This document shows positions 55,701-58,765 of a DNA stretch of 58,765 nt, in pieces. The position numbers and the translations under genes are program-made. Positions within the stretch are counted from its first letter, which is position 1. Each line of letters opens with the position of its first letter. This DNA comes from a virus (lineage: Duplodnaviria; Caudoviricetes): positions 1 to 58,765 of IMG/VR virus record IMGVR_UViG_3300031754_000005; one strand, written 5' to 3'. The notes beneath the pieces were generated by a model. It had not been told where the DNA came from. It made no database searches and saw only the letters and a program-made list of their open reading frames with translations.

Positions 55701-56281
55701 TGGACTCAAATCGCATTTTCCTGACGGTCAATAGCGAGCGCCGCTCGCTGGCGTGGTTGATCGAAAATTCAAGCGCCGCGACCCATGTCCGGGTCGGCAA
55801 CTGCCCGGGCCTCGTGGCGCTGCCCGAGCTGCCCGCCGCGACCTATGTCGGGGTCTACAACTGCCCGGGCCTCGTGGCGCTGCCCGAGCTGGCCGCCGCG
55901 ACCCATGTCCGGGTCGGCAGCTGCCCGGGCCTCGTGGCGCTGCCCGAGCTGCCCGCCGCGACCTATGTCGAGGTCTACAACTGCCCGGGCCTCGTGGCGC
56001 TGCCCGAGCTGCCCGCCGCGACCCATGTCTGGGTCGACAACTGCCCGGGCCTGATGATGTTGAATGCCGGCGCCGATAAGCGCGGCTACCAGTTTGTCGC
56101 GGTTCGCGTCCGTGGCGCTTGGCGCATCATCGCTGGCTGCCGAAACTTTTCCATCGCCGACGCGCGCAACCACTGGGGCAAGGGCGGCTCGAGCGACCGG
56201 CCTGATTGCTTGGCGCTGGTCGAGCGATTGGCCGCCGAGATAGAGGCGCGCGCCCAATACGCGCCGGCGGTCGAAAGCTGA
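55697..56281 (+). CDS. LRR-like repeat protein with C-terminal AGCR-F ... HW domain
   Basis: 20-aa repeats V-x-V-x-NCPGLVALPELPAAT. Confidence 0.8.
   Translation: MMDSNRIFLTVNSERRSLAWLIENSSAATHVRVGNCPGLVALPELPAATYVGVYNCPGLVALPELAAATHVRVGSCPGLVALPELPAATYVEVYNCPGLVALPELPAATHVWVDNCPGLMMLNAGADKRGYQFVAVRVRGAWRIIAGCRNFSIADARNHWGKGGSSDRPDCLALVERLAAEIEARAQYAPAVES
55775..56053 (+). repeat. 60-bp coding tandem repeat, about 4.6 copies
   Basis: Near-identical units visible line over line. Confidence 0.93.
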
Positions 56282-56285
56282 ACGC

Positions 56286-56735
56286 ATGCAGGCGTTGACG
56301 GATCTCGAAGCCCTGACCTGCCCGACTTGCGGCATCCTCTATGCGGTGCCGCGCCGCTTTATCCAAAACCGACGCGAATCCCCGCGCGCGTCCCCGGGTT
56401 GGTATTGCCCGAACGGGCATGCGCTGCATTTCACCGAAACCGAGCTCGATCGCGTGCGTCGCGAGCGCGACAGCCTCAAGCAGGAAAACGCCCGGCTTGA
56501 TGAAGAGCGCGCCGCCGCCGATAGACGCGCCGCCGAAGAGCGCCGTCAGCGTGAGCGCATCGAAAAGCGCGCCGGCGCCGGCGTCTGCCCGTGCTGCAAC
56601 CGCACGGTATCACAGCTTGCCCGGCACATGCAGTCCAGGCATCCCGATGCGCCCTTTGTGCCGACCGCGAAGCCGGCACCGAAGTTAATGGGCGCCGCCG
56701 CCAAGCGAGCCGCAGCCAACCTCGGAGCGCCCTAA
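56286..56735 (+). CDS. Zinc-ribbon / coiled-coil / C2H2 protein
   Basis: CPTCG, YCPNGH, CPCCNR ... RHM-x-x-x-H. Confidence 0.75.
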   Translation: MQALTDLEALTCPTCGILYAVPRRFIQNRRESPRASPGWYCPNGHALHFTETELDRVRRERDSLKQENARLDEERAAADRRAAEERRQRERIEKRAGAGVCPCCNRTVSQLARHMQSRHPDAPFVPTAKPAPKLMGAAAKRAAANLGAP

Positions 56736-56736
56736 C

Positions 56737-57153
56737 ATGACGATCGAAGCGCGGCCTGGCTTTGACGACGGCTTCCCCGTGGTCGACCCCGGCACCTTTC
56801 TGGTGATCCGCGCCGACGGCACGGAAAAAGTCACCCGCGCCGAGAAGCCGGTCGTTCGCGCGATCGCCCGCGCGATCGGCGCCGAGACGCTCGACTTCGT
56901 GACGCTGACCTGGAACGCGGTCGGGCAGCCGGATTTGATGATGGCAGTGGACGATCAGGGATGGGAATACGAGGTCATCGAGCATTCGCCGACGCATTAC
57001 GAGCATCGCCCGACGCGGGCGCGCAAGCCGATCAATCCGCGCGCCACCGAGTTTTACCTGCGCATCTGTAAGCCGGGCACGACTCACCAGATCGTCGGTG
57101 ATGTCGCGCTCTGCCGCGACGGCGAGGGAAGCGGATGGGGCGGCAGAGAATGA
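56737..57153 (+). CDS. Hypothetical protein
   Basis: M-VDD-G ... KPIN-x-AT-x-Y ... IVGDV motif. Confidence 0.7.
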   Translation: MTIEARPGFDDGFPVVDPGTFLVIRADGTEKVTRAEKPVVRAIARAIGAETLDFVTLTWNAVGQPDLMMAVDDQGWEYEVIEHSPTHYEHRPTRARKPINPRATEFYLRICKPGTTHQIVGDVALCRDGEGSGWGGRE

Positions 57154-57252
57154 AAGATCACGATCGAAAACACCGACCGGCTGGTCACGCTGGAAATCGA
57201 CGGCAAGCGCGTGCCGGCGCGGATCTGGGAAGGCTCCGCCGAGAGCGCGGCG

Positions 57253-57510
57253 ATGGCTGAGCCCTTCTATTGGCGGTACGAAACGAGCGGAGCGCTGCGC
57301 CCCGCCGTCGAGGCGTATCTGGCCGGCGCCGAGCTCTCGGCCGCGCAGATCGCGGTGCTCCGGAACTATCTCCGGCAATGGATCATGGCGCCGGTCTGGC
57401 GTGGCGACGCGGTTGTCGCGCTGCGCGAGAGTATCGAGCTGATCGAGACGCGCGAAGCGATCGACGCCTGGCTCGCGGTCGCGCAGGGCGCGGGGATCGA
57501 TCCACTATGA
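57253..57510 (+). CDS. Hypothetical protein preceded by a gene remnant
   Basis: YW-x-ETSG-LRPAVEAYL ... GIDPL. Confidence 0.65.
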   Translation: MAEPFYWRYETSGALRPAVEAYLAGAELSAAQIAVLRNYLRQWIMAPVWRGDAVVALRESIELIETREAIDAWLAVAQGAGIDPL

Positions 57511-57768
57511 AGGCGCCGACGTCTGCGATGCCTGACGCCGATGATCCGCCGGGCATCGGTCACAATCGGCCGCCACCGCCTCGCTTCGAGTTGCGCCGCT
57601 CGCGCGGCATCTCGTGCGACTGGACCCACCCAAAGAAGGGGGCGTCAAGGCCGCTGCGCTTCGAACGCTATTGGCGGATCACGCGCGACGGCAAAATCGT
57701 CGATAGCTTTCTCAGGAAGGCGAACGCCGTGCAGATGATCGAGCGACTGAGGGCGCGGGCAAACCGGG

Positions 57769-58122
57769 ATGCCTGAGCGCGCGCCGGTCCTCGAACACAC
57801 GCTGAAGGTCGCCGAGATCGCCGCGCAATATAAGGTGACGCCGCGCATCGTCTATGGCTGGATAGATGATGGCAGGTTGCTCGCGCTGCGCCTGCCGGGA
57901 GGGCGACGCGGTGTTGGCATCCTGCGGGTACGGCGCAAGGATCTCGCCGATTTCGAGCGGCAATGGCTAGGCCAAGGCTCACCGAGCCCCACTACATCCT
58001 CCGACCCCGAGGGCGATACTGGACCCTCAGCTGGACCGACCCCGACACGCGGAAAACTGTTGCCGTTTCAACAGGGCAGACAGAGCGCGCCAAAGCGCAG
58101 ATATGGGCCGACCAGTTCATAG
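57769..58122 (+). CDS. xis: Excisionase-like HTH protein
   Basis: L-V-EIA-x-Y-V-x-x-x-VY-WI-x-G-L ... RV-x-x-x-DL; directly upstream of and overlapping int. Confidence 0.78.
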   Translation: MPERAPVLEHTLKVAEIAAQYKVTPRIVYGWIDDGRLLALRLPGGRRGVGILRVRRKDLADFERQWLGQGSPSPTTSSDPEGDTGPSAGPTPTRGKLLPFQQGRQSAPKRRYGPTSS

Positions 58123-58765
58123 CCGGATGGCAACAGCCCGAGCCGCCGGCGCAACCGATCCTCGCGCAAATCCTCGACGGCTATCTCGCGGCCCGCAAGT
58201 CCTACGTCGCCGCCTACGCCCGGCTGGAATATGCCAGCGCGGTCCTGCGCCGGCATGTCGGAAATCTGGAGCCTCACATGCTGGGGCGGCGCACCTACCG
58301 CGAGCGGCGCGAACAGGAAGGCGTCGCCGATGGGACGATCCGCCGGGAAGTGGGGGTGCTGCGCGCCGCGCTGACCTGGGCGGTGCGGGAGCGCTGGATC
58401 GACCGCGCGCCATTTATCGAGTCGCCGCCCTCGGCGCCGCCGCGCGAGCGGTGGCTGACGCGCAGCGAAGTCGAGGCCCTGATCGCGGCCTGCGCTTCCT
58501 CGCATGCCCGCCGCTTCGTGCTGCTCGCCTACCACACCGCAGCGCGGGCCGGCGCGATCTTCGATCTGACCTGGGACCGGGTAGACCTGGAACACCGTCG
58601 CATCGACTATCGCCGGCCAGGACGCGCCGCCACCAATAAGCGGCGCGCGACGGTGCCGATCAACGGCGTACTGCTGGCCGAGCTGCGCCTCGGGCGGTAT
58701 GCGGAAGTGGAGGACGGTAGAGGCGAGGGGGTGCACGTCGTCGAATTCCGAGGACGCCCGGTGCG
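57963..58765 (+). CDS. int: Tyrosine integrase, N-terminal part (continues to 401)
   Basis: MARPRL..., TIRREVGVLRAAL, RERWLT, HTAAR box I, LTWDRVDL, NKRR-TVPI. Confidence 0.93.
   Translation, partial: MARPRLTEPHYILRPRGRYWTLSWTDPDTRKTVAVSTGQTERAKAQIWADQFIAGWQQPEPPAQPILAQILDGYLAARKSYVAAYARLEYASAVLRRHVGNLEPHMLGRRTYRERREQEGVADGTIRREVGVLRAALTWAVRERWIDRAPFIESPPSAPPRERWLTRSEVEALIAACASSHARRFVLLAYHTAARAGAIFDLTWDRVDLEHRRIDYRRPGRAATNKRRATVPINGVLLAELRLGRYAEVEDGRGEGVHVVEFRGRPV
58627..58765. repeat. Terminal direct repeat copy 2
   Basis: Matches 1-139. Confidence 0.95.

Noticed and set aside
55775-56053. CRISPR-like array
   Set aside because: In-frame 60-bp coding repeat with no unique spacers and no cas genes

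Overview
The window is a complete, circularly closed genome (~58.6 kb; bases 1-139 repeat at 58627-58765) of a very GC-rich temperate tailed phage with a podovirus-type (BPP-1/epsilon15/T7-like) morphogenesis module. The host is probably an alphaproteobacterium (inference). A tyrosine integrase spans the contig junction next to an intact attP that carries the 3' half of tRNA-Arg(CCG). A long minus-strand arm (51.0 kb down to 4 kb) encodes a Cro-like regulator, replication initiator, N4/N6 methyltransferase, serine recombinase, terminase, portal, scaffold, capsid, decoration proteins, fibres, tail and ejection proteins, and holin-like genes. A plus-strand early arm (51.1-58.7 kb) encodes many small ORFs, a RecE-like exonuclease, a Sak4-like ATPase, Xis and Int. 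The most unusual observations are: (1) every fibre/receptor-binding-like protein carries an N-terminal Sec-type signal peptide and an even number of cysteines, suggesting periplasmic folding of virion appendages; (2) four tandem paralogues of the tail adaptor/ring protein; (3) a Leu-type tRNA with an abnormal anticodon loop (ochre-suppressor or 8-nt reading); (4) small proteins sharing a YDH(P) motif with the scaffold C-terminus; (5) an ejection protein fusing a lytic transglycosylase to an SGNH esterase; (6) a compact Ala-identity tRNA-like RNA near attP; (7) no recognisable CI repressor or endolysin. All family assignments come from motif recognition by eye; no database search was run.
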